The notes beneath the pieces were generated by a model. It was not told the DNA's origin. It did not search any database and saw nothing but the letters and a program-made list of their open reading frames with translations. A stretch of 64,000 bases of DNA, taken from assembly GCF_009914755.1 (NCBI RefSeq), contig NC_060931.1. One strand, given 5' to 3'. The stretch's first letter is position 1, and every line of letters starts with the position of its first letter. The stretch comes from the human T2T-CHM13v2.0 reference genome, Homo sapiens. Shown here piece after piece: positions 1-13,455 of the stretch. The position numbers and the translations under genes were made by a program.

Positions 1-1884
1 TAAAATTTGCAGATGCATTTAAACACCTTTATGGAAAATAATGAGTCTTGTCACCAGTTATTTTGATAAGATTACATTTTCCAAAAATGAGACAACTTAA
101 TTCTAGAAAGCTTAAAATGATTTTTGATAATCAAATCTTATGGAATTACAAACTACAAAACATAGATGCAAAATTGTCATTTCCCTCACATTCTTTCTTT
201 ATTGTTCCTAGTTAAGCAGTTTCATTAATGCTTATAAACATTTGGACCATATAGCTGAAAAAATTCTTAACAGTTCTTTCCTATTAGGGATTGTAAAACA
301 GATATGACAAGAGTAGAGGGCTAAAATGAACTACAAATTTAATGCTTTTCCTGCCCCAGAAGCTCGTTGAAGGACATGCTTCTCTTCCTTTTGATGCAAA
401 TCTGCCCTGACTTTATCAGGAGTTATGCACAAATCCAGCCAGAGAAGAGAATCTTACTTTTTTTATTGTCTTAGTGGATACCTGCCTAGATTTGTTTTAC
501 CAAACTTAAATGATACCCCCAAGGTGCTTTCAAGATCAGATTTGAGTAAGGCTCAAACGCTAGAAATATCTGTAGGATACCTCTGGAGTAAGTAAGCATC
601 TTTGCAAACTGCCTTATATCTAAGTAAGGAGAAATAAAATCGAAGGGTAGGAACAAAACAATTAGTAGAAATTGATATCTCTAAACTTTGGGTACAATTT
701 ATCAATGGAGTCATGTTGATTCACCATTTTTGTTATTTTTGATTGGTGGCTAAAGTTATAGCAATAGCTGGCACTTGCTTTTATATAATGTTTACAGTGT
801 GAAGAAATAATTCAATTCATAATAGGAGTGTCACTGGTGAACATTCTGCTTGGGTTCAGTAAAACTAAAATCAAAATTCTACTCCCTCTGTGCTAATTAA
901 CATGTTGCAGACAGCCTGATGCTCCAGACAAGCCCAGGGAAAGGCTCTCACCCATCTCTAGAGCTCAGGGGAATACTGTTTCCCTCTTGGTTTTTCACTA
1001 TATATTCAGTAAATGGGCCACTTGTGGCCGGAAAGAATTAATGCACCTCTTTAACTGCTCAAATTACCTCCAGGCAGTGACTTAGAACTGTGAAAAAATC
1101 CAGCTCAGGGTCTTTGAAGAGCTTTGAGTAAGTCTGATGAAAAAAGTCACTAAGAAGCAAGTAGAAATATATGCTATTTATTGAAGTGTTGAATATGTTT
1201 ATTAGATGAGCCATTTGGCCATGGGGAATTTAAAACTTTTCAGCAAGTAAACATTCAAACCAGATTCTTTGTGTGTCCCTCTATCTTCACACGCTCTGAG
1301 GACAAACCATTTTATAGACTGTTATTTTCTCTTATTCAGGACAGGTTTCATCCATCCCTTTCCTGTTACTTGTTTAAGAGTCAGAAGAGTAAGTAGAATC
1401 ATAGAGAGAAGACAGTAATCTCAAGGAATTAGTCTTAAGCATGAAGGCAAGGAGAGTGCTGTTGTACATATAGGCAAAGAGCCAGGACTTAAAACACATC
1501 AAACCACAAGTCATGTTGGAATTTGAATAAAAATAAGAAATGTAACTTCATAATATGTTTTGATTCACACCTGTTTTCCCACCTCTGGGCCATTCCTCCT
1601 CTTCTCCACAAATCTATAGATTATTGGCATCTGAATATATAGGACAAGTCTTTCCTTTACATTTTCTGACAACAGTCTAACCTGTACAGATCCCCTTTCT
1701 TTGCATTCTCATTGTTTCTATTATCTGTATCACTTTGAGGTAAAGTATTAGGTATTCAATCAAATTCAATCAATATTAGTTGCATGAGTAAGTCAGAAAC
1801 AATCTTTTTTTGCCTTGCATTTTGTTTGAGAATCACATCATTTTTGTGTCATTTATGCTTTTTCTGCTTAAGCCTCATTTCCCT

Positions 1885-2015
1885 TTCCAGACTATAAACT
1901 CATTGAAGGCAAGGATTAGGTTTTATATCACTTGGATACAAGGATTCCTGCCATCTTCAGAGTATATCTATATATAGAGAGAGGTCAAAAAACACATACT
2001 AAATGATTATTGATG
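1885..2015 (+). mobile_element. L2 3' end fragment
   Basis: CCAGACTATAAACTCATTGAAGGCAAGGATT...AAATGATTATTGATGA resembles the L2 3' terminus; highly diverged. Confidence 0.5.
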
Positions 2016-2029
2016 ACCCCATCATTACT

Positions 2030-2329
2030 ATTTTTGGGGGGTGGGGAGACAGGGTCTCACTCTATTGCCCAGGCTGGAGTACAATGTTGCAATCTTAACT
2101 CACTGCAGGCTTAACCTCTTGGGCTCAAGTGATCCTCCCACCTCAGCCTCCCAAGTAGCTGAGGCTACAGGTGTGTACTACCACACCAAGCTAGTTTATT
2201 TTTATTTTTTGTAGAGACAGGGTCTCACTACATTGTCCAAACTGGTCTTGAACTCCTGGCCTCAAGCAACTCTCCTGCTTCAGCCTCCTAAAGTGCTGGG
2301 ACCACAGGCGTTAGCCACTGTACCTGGCA
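2030..2329 (-). mobile_element. AluJ, full length
   Basis: Dimeric Alu reverse complement with J-type positions (GGGCTCAAGTGATCCTCCCACC, GTAGAGACAGGGTCTCACTA); TSD CCATCATTACT at 2019-2029 and 2330-2340. Confidence 0.95.
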
Positions 2330-3007
2330 CCATCATTACTTTTTAAATCATGACAAATCAACTCGTGGTTGCCCTGGGACAGTCTAAGATTATGCAGTGC
2401 TGTTCTTCAGGACTGGTACTCCATCAGAGAGCAAGTGATTCAGCTCCCAGGAGCCTGGGTGATTACCTTGTTAATTTTCCATGAAAAAGGCTCGCTACTT
2501 AGCATCGATTTGATGTGTATTTCTTCAGACATAATGTTGCTCCTCTGAGATTGTTAGGTCATAATTTACCATTATATTGTCATTTTGAAGTGTATAATAT
2601 CTTAGAATTTCCATTTTTGGTAAAAATATTTTGTTTCAATATGATTTTTGTGCCCCATAGAGCAGAGTTTCGAAGTGATTTAAAGCATGCTCACAACCTT
2701 TATCTGAGGAGGCATTTTTCTTTTTCTTCTTGCATCTGCCCTTAGAAATTATGAAAGTTCAGAAATGGAAATAGGTTGTGCATTTGCTTAAGCACTGCTG
2801 TTAGGTTTGCTTACTACTGCAGGTTTCTGGAAATTTAAATAAATGAAGATGGTTTAATATTTTCAGAAAGAGCTTCTTTGTTAAATGCCTCGGTACTGAT
2901 AAAGGCCTTTTCATACAGAACAATGGGGCCTGCAGAGATCTCAGGGTTTATATTTTAACTTTGAAAGGAAGAAAAGCAAGAAAATACTTTGAAGTTCCCC
3001 TTGAATC

Positions 3008-3520
3008 TAATCAATCAAGCAGATATTGATGGAGCACCATCTGTGTTCCCCTGTGCTAGGTCTTGGGATAAATATAAATCAGACACAGGCTCCACTTGCA
3101 AGAAGTGTAGGTAGTTTGAGGCAGGAGCACAAGAAGGTGGGCATTCCAATACAGGCAACATCATGTGCAAATAACGGGAGATGCCCAGTGGCATTGACAT
3201 GTAAACAGTATGGTGTGCTTGAGATGCTGTAAGCTGTTCAGAATTGCTGGAGCGTAAAGTGTGAGAAAGGCATAGCAGGAGATAAGATTGGAAAGTTAGT
3301 CCATCCATCTATATCATGATGGGCTTTTCCTGTGATGCTAAAAAATTTGGAATTTGTTCTCTAGGGGATTGGAATCCAGTGAAGTATTAGAAGCAGGGAA
3401 GAGACATTATCAGATTATCATTTTAGAAATTTCACCTGTGTTGCCATGAGGTTTGAAAAGAAATGTAAATAGAGGCAAGAAACCCTTTAAGGAACTCTAT
3501 AGAAGTTTATGCAGGAAAGG
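3008..3520 (-). mobile_element. L2 fragment
   Basis: Antisense L2 3' end (CAAGCAGATATTGATGGAGCACC...TGTGCTAGG) followed by body motifs (GATGCTAAAAAATTTGGAATTTG, AAGCAGGGAAGAGACATTATCAGATT). Confidence 0.7.
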
Positions 3521-4509
3521 GAGCACCTACTGCACCTCAGTTTATAGAAAAGTAACAATTATGTATTGTGTTGTGATGACATTATTATCCTTCATAGGAA
3601 TTCATATTTTCTGTGGAGGAAGATAAATTTATGTTAATGGAAAATTGTCTTTTTCCTTACATATATTTTATCAATTATTATTTCAGTATCATCCATTTAA
3701 TATAGTGTGGAGCTAACTTGTAGAAACATCTTCAGAAATTCATATAGAATACAAGCTATGATAATAAATTTAATAAAAATGGAAATATTTTAAATTGATT
3801 ACTGAACATTTCTTCCTGCATGTGTAGCTATAGGAATTTTTAATATACCAGGAATATTTAATTTTCTTAGACTGAAGTCACATTAAAAAAAATAACTTGA
3901 CCTGTCCTTATTTAGAACCATGGATTATCAGGCATTCAGAACATGTTAAAAAATAATTATCTTCTGTGAATTGAAATATATTTAAAAACTAAATCTGTAT
4001 ATAGCATTTTAGGACTTCAGCAAATTATGAAATCTTTCATCTAGTACCAGGGTTATTACATCCATTTAGGATACTCACAGATAGTTCATAATGTACAATA
4101 GTCCAGAGATGATTTTACCTTTCTGGTGTAAGTTAATTAAAATTTGGAAGGAACTCATTTCTCTTTCCTCATACACATTTTTGGTGTATTCAAAAAACAT
4201 AAGGTAATCCTAGGTAGGATAAGGTAAAGCCTAGGTAATCATTTGGAAATATTTTGTGTTTATTTCAGTGCCTGTTAAGAAATAATGGAATGGAAATTTA
4301 TTGAGTGGTACTGATTTATCAGGTTACATGGCACACTCAATTCCACCCATGTTAATGATAAAGATATGCTCCAGTACATGCAAAGCAGAGCACAACTGAT
4401 GGGTTTCTATGACTCTCTATTTTGTTTTATGTCTTTCTATTTTAAAACACATCAGTGACTTAATTGAGCATTGTGGACAGTTTTCAACCCATGATGGTAT
4501 GAGAAAATA

Positions 4510-4598
4510 AATGTAGCATCTAATAGCAAATACTTTTACAGGACTGTGTGTCTGGCAAGTGTCAAGTCTTTCCCAATATCAACTCATTTGAATTCACT
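4510..4598 (-). mobile_element. MIR fragment adjacent to MSTA
   Basis: TAATAGCAAATACTTTTACAGGACTGTGTG...AACTCATTTGAATTCAC matches an antisense MIR 3' end. Confidence 0.5.
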
Positions 4599-4605
4599 GG
4601 TATGT

Positions 4606-4987
4606 TGTATTAGTCTGTTCTCACATTGCTATAAAGAACTACTTGGGTCTGGGTAATTTATCAAGTAAAGAGGTTTAATTGGCTCATGGTTCCGTGGGCT
4701 CCACAGAAAGCATGGCTGCGGAAGCTTCACGAAACATACAGTCATGGCAGAAGGTGAAGGGGAAGCAAGGCACTTCTTACATGACGGGAGGAGGAAGAGA
4801 GATCAGGGGAGGTGCTACACACTTTTAAACAACCAGGTTCTCATGAGAACTCACTCACTATCACAAGAACAGCAAGAGGGAAATCCGCCCTCATGATACC
4901 ATCACTTCCCACCGGGCCCCTTCTCCAACACAGGGGATTACAATTTGACATGAGATTTGGGCAGGGACACAAATCCAAACCATATCA
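4606..4987 (-). mobile_element. MSTA-type MaLR solo LTR
   Basis: TGTATTAGTCTGTTCTCACATTGCTATAAAGAACTAC...GGGACACAAATCCAAACCATATCA, TG...CA termini. Confidence 0.9.
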
Positions 4988-5318
4988 TGTATCATCCCAT
5001 AAATTATGCTATTACATACAGAGTTCATGTCCCAATAGTTTTCAAAGCCATTATTATCATGAAAGAGAGGCTCAGTAATGTCCCAGGAATAATATTGAAG
5101 ACTCCTTAATAGTCTACATTACATTTATGACAAGCACGGTTTGCTTCTCAAAGTTATAGGAAAAATTTGGTCATTTCTTTTATAGTTTTAAATAGTTCCT
5201 TTGAACTCCACCTTCGTACTGGCCAGGAGGTCCAGCATTTCCATCATGAGCACACTCTCCTTTGTCAAACTATCTAAGGACCTAGGAAATCAATCATGGT
5301 GTCACTGTTGATGCTTAT

Positions 5319-5676
5319 TGATATGGTTTGGCTCTGTGTCCCCACCCAAATCTCACCTTGAATTGTTATAATCCCCTCGTGTCAAGGGCAGGACCAGGTG
5401 GAGGTTATTGAATCATGGGGTGGTTCCTCCATACTGTTCTCATGATAGTGAGTGAGTTATCATGAGATCTGATGGTTTCATAAGGGGCTTCCCCCTTTGC
5501 TTGGCACTCATTCTCTCACCTGCCACCCTGGGAACAGGTGCCTTCCATCATGATTGTAAGTTTCCTGAGGCCTTCCCAGCCATGCAGAACTGTGAGTCAA
5601 TTAAATCTCATTTCTTTAAAAATAATCCAGTCTTAGGTATTTCTTCATAGCAGTGTGAGAACAGACAAATCATACA
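5319..5676 (+). mobile_element. THE1D-like MaLR solo LTR
   Basis: Starts TGATATGGTTTGGCTCTGTGTCCCCACCCAAATCTC, carries the AATTAAA polyA signal, ends ...GAGAACAGACAAATCATACA. Confidence 0.9.
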
Positions 5677-6701
5677 TTTAGTCTATACAGTCCTATGGAC
5701 ACGTCTCCATTGGAACCTGGGCTCAATTCTGCAGGCAAATGTGCTTCATCTTCCATGGGGGAAACTTGAAATTCACTCCTCCGCTCCAACCTCATCACAC
5801 TACCAAGTGCTAAGTGCTGCCAAAGCGTCTGTATACTAGGCCTCCCAGGACCCCAGCTCTATAGTTTACCCTTTTTGCCCAGTGATTGTTTCTCATTGTC
5901 CTCAATTGCTCTACCAGGCAGGCTGGGCCCTGAGAGTCTTCTAGCACTGGACATACATTCTTCAGAAATCAGTTCTTCCCCTGAACTCAGTATGAAATTA
6001 TCATCACCAGCTGAAATGGTCTGATTATTTTAGAGTTCTCATAACCATAATCTGCTACCAGACTGTGGTCAGGGTTATCTAATATACTCTAACAATTTTC
6101 CCTGGTTTCAAGTTTTAGTGAGTGGGCATTAGGATCTAAATACTCTCTATTCTAAAAGATCCCTGGGTCCCACACATTGACCTTATTTTGCCTTATCAAC
6201 AATTTCTGAGTACAAGAGCTATGGTAGTAGTATCCTTCAAACATGCCCCAATTCAGAACAGAGGGTGTGTTCCCCTTAAATGTGCATAAATATGTTAACT
6301 TCTTAATTGGCCATTCCCAAGATAAAGTATAAAACTTCTCTTATTAAAAACAAACCAAACTACGTTACATAATGTCACACCAAATAAAACTAAACCGCAG
6401 GCAAAAACGAACAAAACCAAACATTCCAAACTATATCAAGCTACCTACTTATATGCAAGGTGATGTGATCTTTTTTGCCTTAAAGATATTCTATGTCTCC
6501 CTGAGCTGGATTTGAGCTTCAAAGTCCATTATCCCGATTAGAACAAACAATTCCCTGTGTAAAAGATACTTTGACCCCGTACTACTGAAGAACTAAGATA
6601 AAGCCTTCTTTAAAATATTCTTAAACCCTGCAATATTCCCTACTCTCATTCTTCTTTTTATAGAGAAAGATAGTAAAAATGGAGATGAAGAGAGTGCAAG
6701 A

Positions 6702-6726
6702 TGTGTGTGTGTGTGTGTGTGTGTGT
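6702..6726. repeat. (TG)n microsatellite
   Basis: About 12 TG units followed by a degenerate RY run. Confidence 0.95.
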
Positions 6727-7639
6727 ACGTGCACGCATGTGTATGCTTAAATCCTTGGCTCAAGGAATTGAAAAGTCACAAAAATTATAGAACAATTCTA
6801 AGAGGTGAAGAGTCAATTTTTCAAGGTAAAAGTGTCTCACAAAATGATTTCCTTTTGTGTCGGCTTGCTAACGGTTTTTATACCTCCCACAGTGCATCAT
6901 TTGACATATGAAACAAAACCCAGGGGCTAAAATTTTTAGACCCAGCTGTTCAAAGCAATTCCAGATCAAGAATCCTGTTTCTTTCCCCACTCTCTGACTT
7001 AAGGACCCATCTTATTATTTCTCAGTATTCTGGGCACCTCTCTCTCTCCTTCTCTCCCAAGCTCATTTTTTAAAACTTATTATTAAATAGAGTGTTTATC
7101 ATAGTCATCAACTTACACTTCACATCTTACCTAATGCTTTTCTTTCTAGTGTTGGGCAGTTTTGAATGGCAAATTTATATTACAGATATAACATGTATGT
7201 TTTGACTAATATAAATTATTTCCTACTATACATTTTCACATACCCACTACAACCTACCCTCCAATGATGTTTCTAAAACATGTCCGAACTGGATATGGAG
7301 TCATTAAAATGATTGTGTATGAGAAGAATTCCCTGGCTAGCTGAGAGTTTCCTTTGACAATAAAGGAGGGCAGAAGGGGACACACATACACACAGGTATC
7401 AGTCTGCGGAGATGCTGCGAAAGTGCGAGTTTGCAAAATTTCACTCAGCAGCATCTAAGTGTAGGGTGAAAGGTATAGCGCATGATATCTTCCCAGGTGA
7501 CATCTACCCTCTTAATGTCTTTGCCTGAAATCTCTCCCTAATAAACTTAGACCTTTGAGTGCCTTCATAGTTATTCCTACCACAAAGACTGCATATTTCA
7601 TCCACAAAGAAATTTACTTTGGAGGAAAATAAGTAAGGA

Positions 7640-8296
7640 TAGAAGAAGCATTTTGACTGACCATCATTAGAAACTGTGTTAGACACTGGGGATCTAGAAT
7701 TAAACAAGTTCAGGAATTTACATTTATAGTGTGCAGGAGGGAACAGAACTGAAGATGTACGTACCCATTACTTAAGCATAGTTTAAAAATCCACTTATCA
7801 AGAGAAAGATGCAGCTATGAGACCACACAACAAGAAACAAGGAGGACTGTGGAAAACTTTCCTGAGGCCTCTGAAGAAGTGATATTTAATCTTAAACCTG
7901 GAATGTAAGTTAGGCAGACGACAAGTTGTTAGAGATGAAGGCATAGGGAATAGTTTTCCAAACCTAGGGAATGGTGCTTGGCATTTGGGAAAAGCTAAAA
8001 CCATCAGGCAGTATACAGTGCAAAAGTAAGAGTGACAAGAAATCAAACAGAAATAGGCAATCAGGCCCAGGTCCAGCACGGCCTGATAGGTCATACTTGA
8101 AACGTTGGACTTTATCCTAAATGCAGGAGTATGGAAATGGAGTTTAAGGAGGGTTACACGGTAAGACTTGCTTTATATTTTATTGTATCTTTACCCTGGA
8201 GAGTGGATTAGGCAAGAAGAAATGCCAGATGATGGGTTAGGAGACTATTTTAAATTGTGCATGTGAGAAATGATGGTGCCTTACAGTAGGGTGATG
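7640..8296 (-). mobile_element. L2 fragment
   Basis: Antisense L2 motifs: TGTGTTAGACACTGGGGATC, GAAGAAGTGATATTTAATCT, TTGGACTTTATCCTAAATGCA, GTTAGGAGACTATT...GAGAAATGATGGTGCCTT. Confidence 0.7.
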
Positions 8297-8632
8297 AAGT
8301 CTAAAAGACTTTCTCATAATATTTCCTAATATCCTCCATTCAGGAGAATTCATGGCACCAAACTTGACATATCAAGTGAGATTTTTAGTTCAGGAAGAAA
8401 AAGAAGATGGATGTTATTGCTATTCTTCAAAGAGTAGAGAGACCACAAGTTGAGGAGAGTCTTACCTTGGGATAAGTTATTTAGCAATTTCAACTTTGCT
8501 GGAAGGAATAAATACATTGGTACAATCATTCCTGAGATATGTTTTAAATTCTAACTTACATAACTTATTGATGAAGAAGAGTTGATTAGGAATAGACTTC
8601 TATCAGATATCGTGTTTATTATTTTTACATAA

Positions 8633-8949
<317 letters not shown>

Positions 8950-9270
8950 TAACATTTTAATCATTAGTGTATATTAATTATTTAGCTGGGACTCAATAGA
9001 TGACTTTTGACCAAAACCAAATTATTGCAATTTTGGGATCTCAGGTATTAGCGTGTAGACATTGTGATGCTGCACCTCAATCAGTCAGTTACTGTGGAAA
9101 ACTGCTTGCTATGCGAAGTGATAGACGTCTGTGGAGGAAACGAATAGGCAATTTTGAAGATCAGTGCACTTAGTAAAGGATTTGTAAAGATGTTTTGACT
9201 TAAAGCTCAGACTTTAGAAAATCTTGAGAAACATAGATACGTTGTCATGATGAGGATTTTTTGAAAAGTA

Positions 9271-9610
9271 CAGTCATGCCCTGCATAATGACATTTTGGT
9301 TAATGACAGAACACATATACAATGGTGGTTCCATAAGATTATAATACTGTACTTTACTGTATCTTTTCTATTTAGTTATGTTTAGATACACAAATACTTA
9401 CCATTGTGTTATAAATGCCTGCAGTATTCAGTACCGTAACATACAGTACCGGTTTGTGGCTTAGAAGGAATAGGTTGTACCATCAAGAGTAGGTGTGTAG
9501 TAGCTATACCATCTATGTTTGTGTACACTCTATGATGTTTGCACAATGACAAAATTGCCAAAGGATGTATTTCTCAAAAAGTGTCTCTGTCCTTAAGTGA
9601 CACCTGAATG
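9271..9610 (+). mobile_element. Tigger3a-like non-autonomous TcMar DNA transposon
   Basis: TA|CAGTCATGCCCTGCATAATGAC...CCATAAGATTATAATACTGTA...TTAAGTGACACCTGAATG|TA; degenerate TIRs and TA TSD; ~340 bp. Confidence 0.9.
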
Positions 9611-9764
9611 TATATGACCCTTAAAGTATAGGAAATTCTAAAAATAAAATCCTGATTGGGCAATCTTCATCCAACCAAATGAGAAAAAAAAGAGGAAAGG
9701 ATATATCCTTAAAAGTATTTTTTGATGATAAATTTCTAAATTTGGAAACTACAGAAAAGTATAG

Positions 9765-10292
9765 TGTAGAACAGGTTCACTGTGCTCTGATTACCAACTT
9801 GTTCGAGCTGGCTGAGATTGAACATACTCATATGCAACAAGTTACATGAAGCTGGCTTGCTACTTACAGATAGGCGGCAAAGGACAAAAGAAGTCTAGGA
9901 GCCATTGGGAGCTGGTGTCCCAGTGCAAAAAACCTGCCCATGGTGGATGAAGTCTTGAGTGCGTGTGCTCCACTTGCAGCACAGCTGAGGGACCCTGAAA
10001 GTGAGCCTGCTGTGGATTACCTGCCTCGGGAACCATGTGATTCATTGGGCAAAGTTTTGACAGACATCCTGCATCCAGGAAAGAGAGAAGCAAAGCCCAG
10101 GCTATCCTGAGCAGTTCCTTTCCAACTCAGGATGTTGGAAGGGCAGGAACAAGGCTTGAGCTGTTTCAGGCAGCTTCTCCTTATCTGAGGATATTGCGTT
10201 CCCAGCACATACTACAGTTATTCTTGAGAGCTACAAGCAAGAAAGGGAGAAAAACTAGGTCAGCCCAAGCCTACCTGAAGAACTGTCCTGCA
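9765..10292 (-). mobile_element. ERVL solo LTR (LTR32-like)
   Basis: Minus strand reads TGCAGGACAGTTC...CTTGTAGCTCTCAAGAATAACTGTAG...CACAGTGAACCTGTTCTACA; near-TSD TATAG/TATAT; subfamily name from memory. Confidence 0.7.
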
Positions 10293-10907
10293 TATATAGT
10301 AAGTAAAACACATTATAAATTATCCATCTAATCCAAGGCAGAATATTTTTCAGATTTCTTTTTAGGCCTTTTGTTATAATGTAAATTTGTTATACACATG
10401 AGAACATACTAATATTTTGTTTTCTGCCCTTTTTTTTTTTGCCATACCATAAAAAACACATTTCATGATATTATTAGAAAGTTGATAAAATGCCATTTTG
10501 GATAGCATAGCATATGAGGCTATCAAATTAATGCATCACTTTTAAATTTTATTATTTTTTATTTTAAAGGACATTATCAAACACATATAGAAATAGAGAA
10601 AACAGTATAACAAATTCCCATCAAATACTCATCAACAAATTTCTGCATTTAGGCACATTTAACCAGTCTTGTTTCATTGATCCCAATGATATACATATAT
10701 TCTTAAGAAGTCAAGTATTTTCTTTTAAATCTCAGATATGTTAAACATCAGACATCATTTTACTTGTAAATACTTCCAAATGTACATCTGATAAAACTTT
10801 TTCTTTTGTATAGCTAAAATGCCATTAGCACATCTTAAAAAGTTAATTTCTTAATTCATCCAATACTTAATGTATATTTAAATATCCCCATAGTCTCCAT
10901 AAACATC

Positions 10908-11080
10908 TTTTTTTTTTTTTTTTTTTTTAAATTGAGACAAAGTCTGGCTCTGTCACTAAGGTTGGAGTGCAGTGGTGTGATCTCAGCTCACTGCAACCTC
11001 CGCCTCCTGGGTTCAGGTGATCCACCCACCTTGGCCTCCCAAAGTGCTAGGATTATAGGCGTGAGCCACTGCGCCCAGCC
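10908..11080 (-). mobile_element. Monomeric chimeric AluS (internal deletion)
   Basis: Right-arm 3' part (CTCACTGCAACCTCCGCCTCCTGGGTTCA) joined to left-arm 5' part (GGTGATCCACCCACCTTGGCCTCCCAAAGTGC...GCCCAGCC); TSD CATAAA(C/T)ATCTTT on both sides. Confidence 0.9.
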
Positions 11081-12462
11081 TCATAAATATCTTTTTTATA
11101 GTTGGCTTTTTTAAATAGAAGCCAAATGCTGCATTTAGTTGCCATAGTTGTTAAACCTCAGTTAGTTTCCAACAAGCTCCCAGCCCCCACTTCTTATGTC
11201 ATTTACTTGAAAAGGAACCTTGTTGTTTGTCCTGTTTGTCCTCTAGTGTGTCCCACATTCTTAATGTGGCTAATTGATTCTTCACGGTTTGTTATATTTC
11301 TTCCCGTCCCCCCTATATTTTCTGTACACATTTAGTTATATCTAGAGCCTGGGTTGGGGTCAGTTTCCATTTCTTTTTGTCAAGAATGTCATAGTTTGTG
11401 CTGGTTACTTCTTATATTGCACAAAAAGGCCCATACTGCCTGGTTACCCACATTTAGTAATCTTAAGATAGATCAGATGTTATCAGCTCCATACAAGTCC
11501 CCCTCATGCTTTCATCATTTTAACATCTATTGATGAATATTGACTAGATCTATGACTTCATTAGGGGTTGAAAATGCTAATTTCCTAATTTTTATCTCCC
11601 TGCTGCATCTATTATCCCCAAAGAACTTTCCCTAATTAACAATTTTGTCACCCCCAAAGATAGATTGTGCAGATGAGTAAGGTCTGATTCTTTCCCTTTA
11701 TTTGTTACTTTTTATGATGATGAGTTGGTGCCCAAACAATCTCTAATGGTGACCAAAGAGGTGTTTTGCTTTTCTAATTTCATTATAAATGAAAGAGTTT
11801 TTATACTAGAGTTTTTTGATTATTCAACTGCCATCTTTGTTTAGTGGGAGTCCCTTTAGCTTGGTTTCTGTGTCCCGTTGACATGATGCCACTTATACTG
11901 GATGTTTGTTTTGCTTTCTGACACAAAGAAAAATATTCCTATTCTTTTGTATTTCTTATCTAAAAGTGGAAGCAGCCATTTCTCCTTACTGCCATAGTAC
12001 CATTTAGGGGAAAATCATATCAAACTTTAAAACTGTATTAGATATTTAGATTACTATAAAGCTTTCAATTATATAAATATTTCAGAAATAGCATCTTTGT
12101 GCCTAAATCTTTCTTAATTTTTGATAATTTGTAGGATAGATTTTATGAATTACCGTATCATAGAGCATAATCATTTCTAATGCTGTTGTTTCATATTGTC
12201 ATCTTTTTAAAAAGGTTACACCAATTTATGCTTTTACCAGGAGTATTTATAAGTAAAGTTGTTTTATTCTCCTGTCAAATTGCTATTATCCTTAACAAAT
12301 TAAAAAGGAGAAGAAGAAAATGAAACCTTATTTTACTTTGCCTTTCTTATTAGTGAAAGTGGGGACATTTTCCTTTTGAAATGCAAAAGCAAGTTTTTAA
12401 GTTAATTTTACTTCTTGGATCATGAAACCTACTTATTATGTATATACGTAAGACTCTGCTAT

Positions 12463-12550
12463 TTATCCATCCATCTACCCACCATTCATCTATCTATGTT
12501 ACCTGTCTTCATATATCCATCCATCCATCCATCATATATCTCTATCTACC
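12463..12550. repeat. (TCCA)n/(TCTA)n degenerate tetranucleotide tract
   Basis: ATCCATCCATCTACCC...ATCCATCCATCCATCCATC. Confidence 0.75.
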
Positions 12551-13455
12551 AATGTGTCTATTTCCATGTATTTCCATACTTCAATCCCATTTTCTTACTA
12601 GTAAATGTAACTATTTTATTATGTATCATGGATAGCTTCTGACTCAAATGTTTTCTAAAATGTGTATTATTTTATGAACATTTATTATAATTTATGTTAA
12701 TAATATTGTTATGCATCTCATTCTATTTCCCATTTTTCCCCACTAAATGTTGCTATAAAATCTGTCCATGTTATTTGTATAGCAAATCTTTTGCTCTACT
12801 GCAAAATTCTCCATGGTGTGCCATATTTTGGCCATTACTTTTTTCCTGTGATGGATTTCCAGGGTGCCTTCCATTTTCTACCAATCATAAATAAATGTTG
12901 TCTACCCATTTCCACATATACCTTTGTAAACATTTATTTGGAATTCTGAGCATGTGTAAGTAATAATTTTACTAAATAGTGCCATAGGATTTCTATCTGT
13001 AGGCAGTGCAATAGTCTTTCTATATCACCGTATTCTCATCAACACTTGGTGTTCTAATTTTCCATGCTGAAACATGTATTGTCTCAGTGATTTAATTTGC
13101 ATTTTTGAAATATCAATGATTTTTAGGATCTTATAATATGCTTGCTAACTTTGTGTGTACATGTGTGCATTTTTAATTGCCTATTCATCTCTGTCATGTG
13201 TTTTATCTATTGGGGTTTTTTGAAAGATCATTATTACTTTCCCAATTATTCTCCAGGTCAGTCACAATCAATTTGAGAGTTATTTATCTGTTCTATTTTC
13301 TTGCTCTTTGATCTTAACTTTAAAAGCATAGCACCCTATGAGCCTTTTCAATCTGAAGTCTTCTATTGAAATTTAGATGGCTTTTTCTTTAGCTCCCTAG
13401 TACATTTTAAGGCTTATTTTAAGATTTAATTTTTCAGATAAATTCAGTTGGCATA

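Larger units (their letters stand above)
10300..13200 (-). mobile_element. Patchwork of old L1M (L1MC/L1ME-type) 3' fragments
   Basis: T-rich antisense L1 3'UTR-like motifs (e.g. AAAAAGGTTACACCAATTTATGC, GTGATTTAATTTGCATTTTT); boundaries uncertain. Confidence 0.5.

Noticed and set aside
1340-1388. Possible 49-nt + strand exon (ttctcttattcag|...AGA|gtaagt)
   Set aside because: Not frame-preserving and no other support; pseudo-exons like this are common
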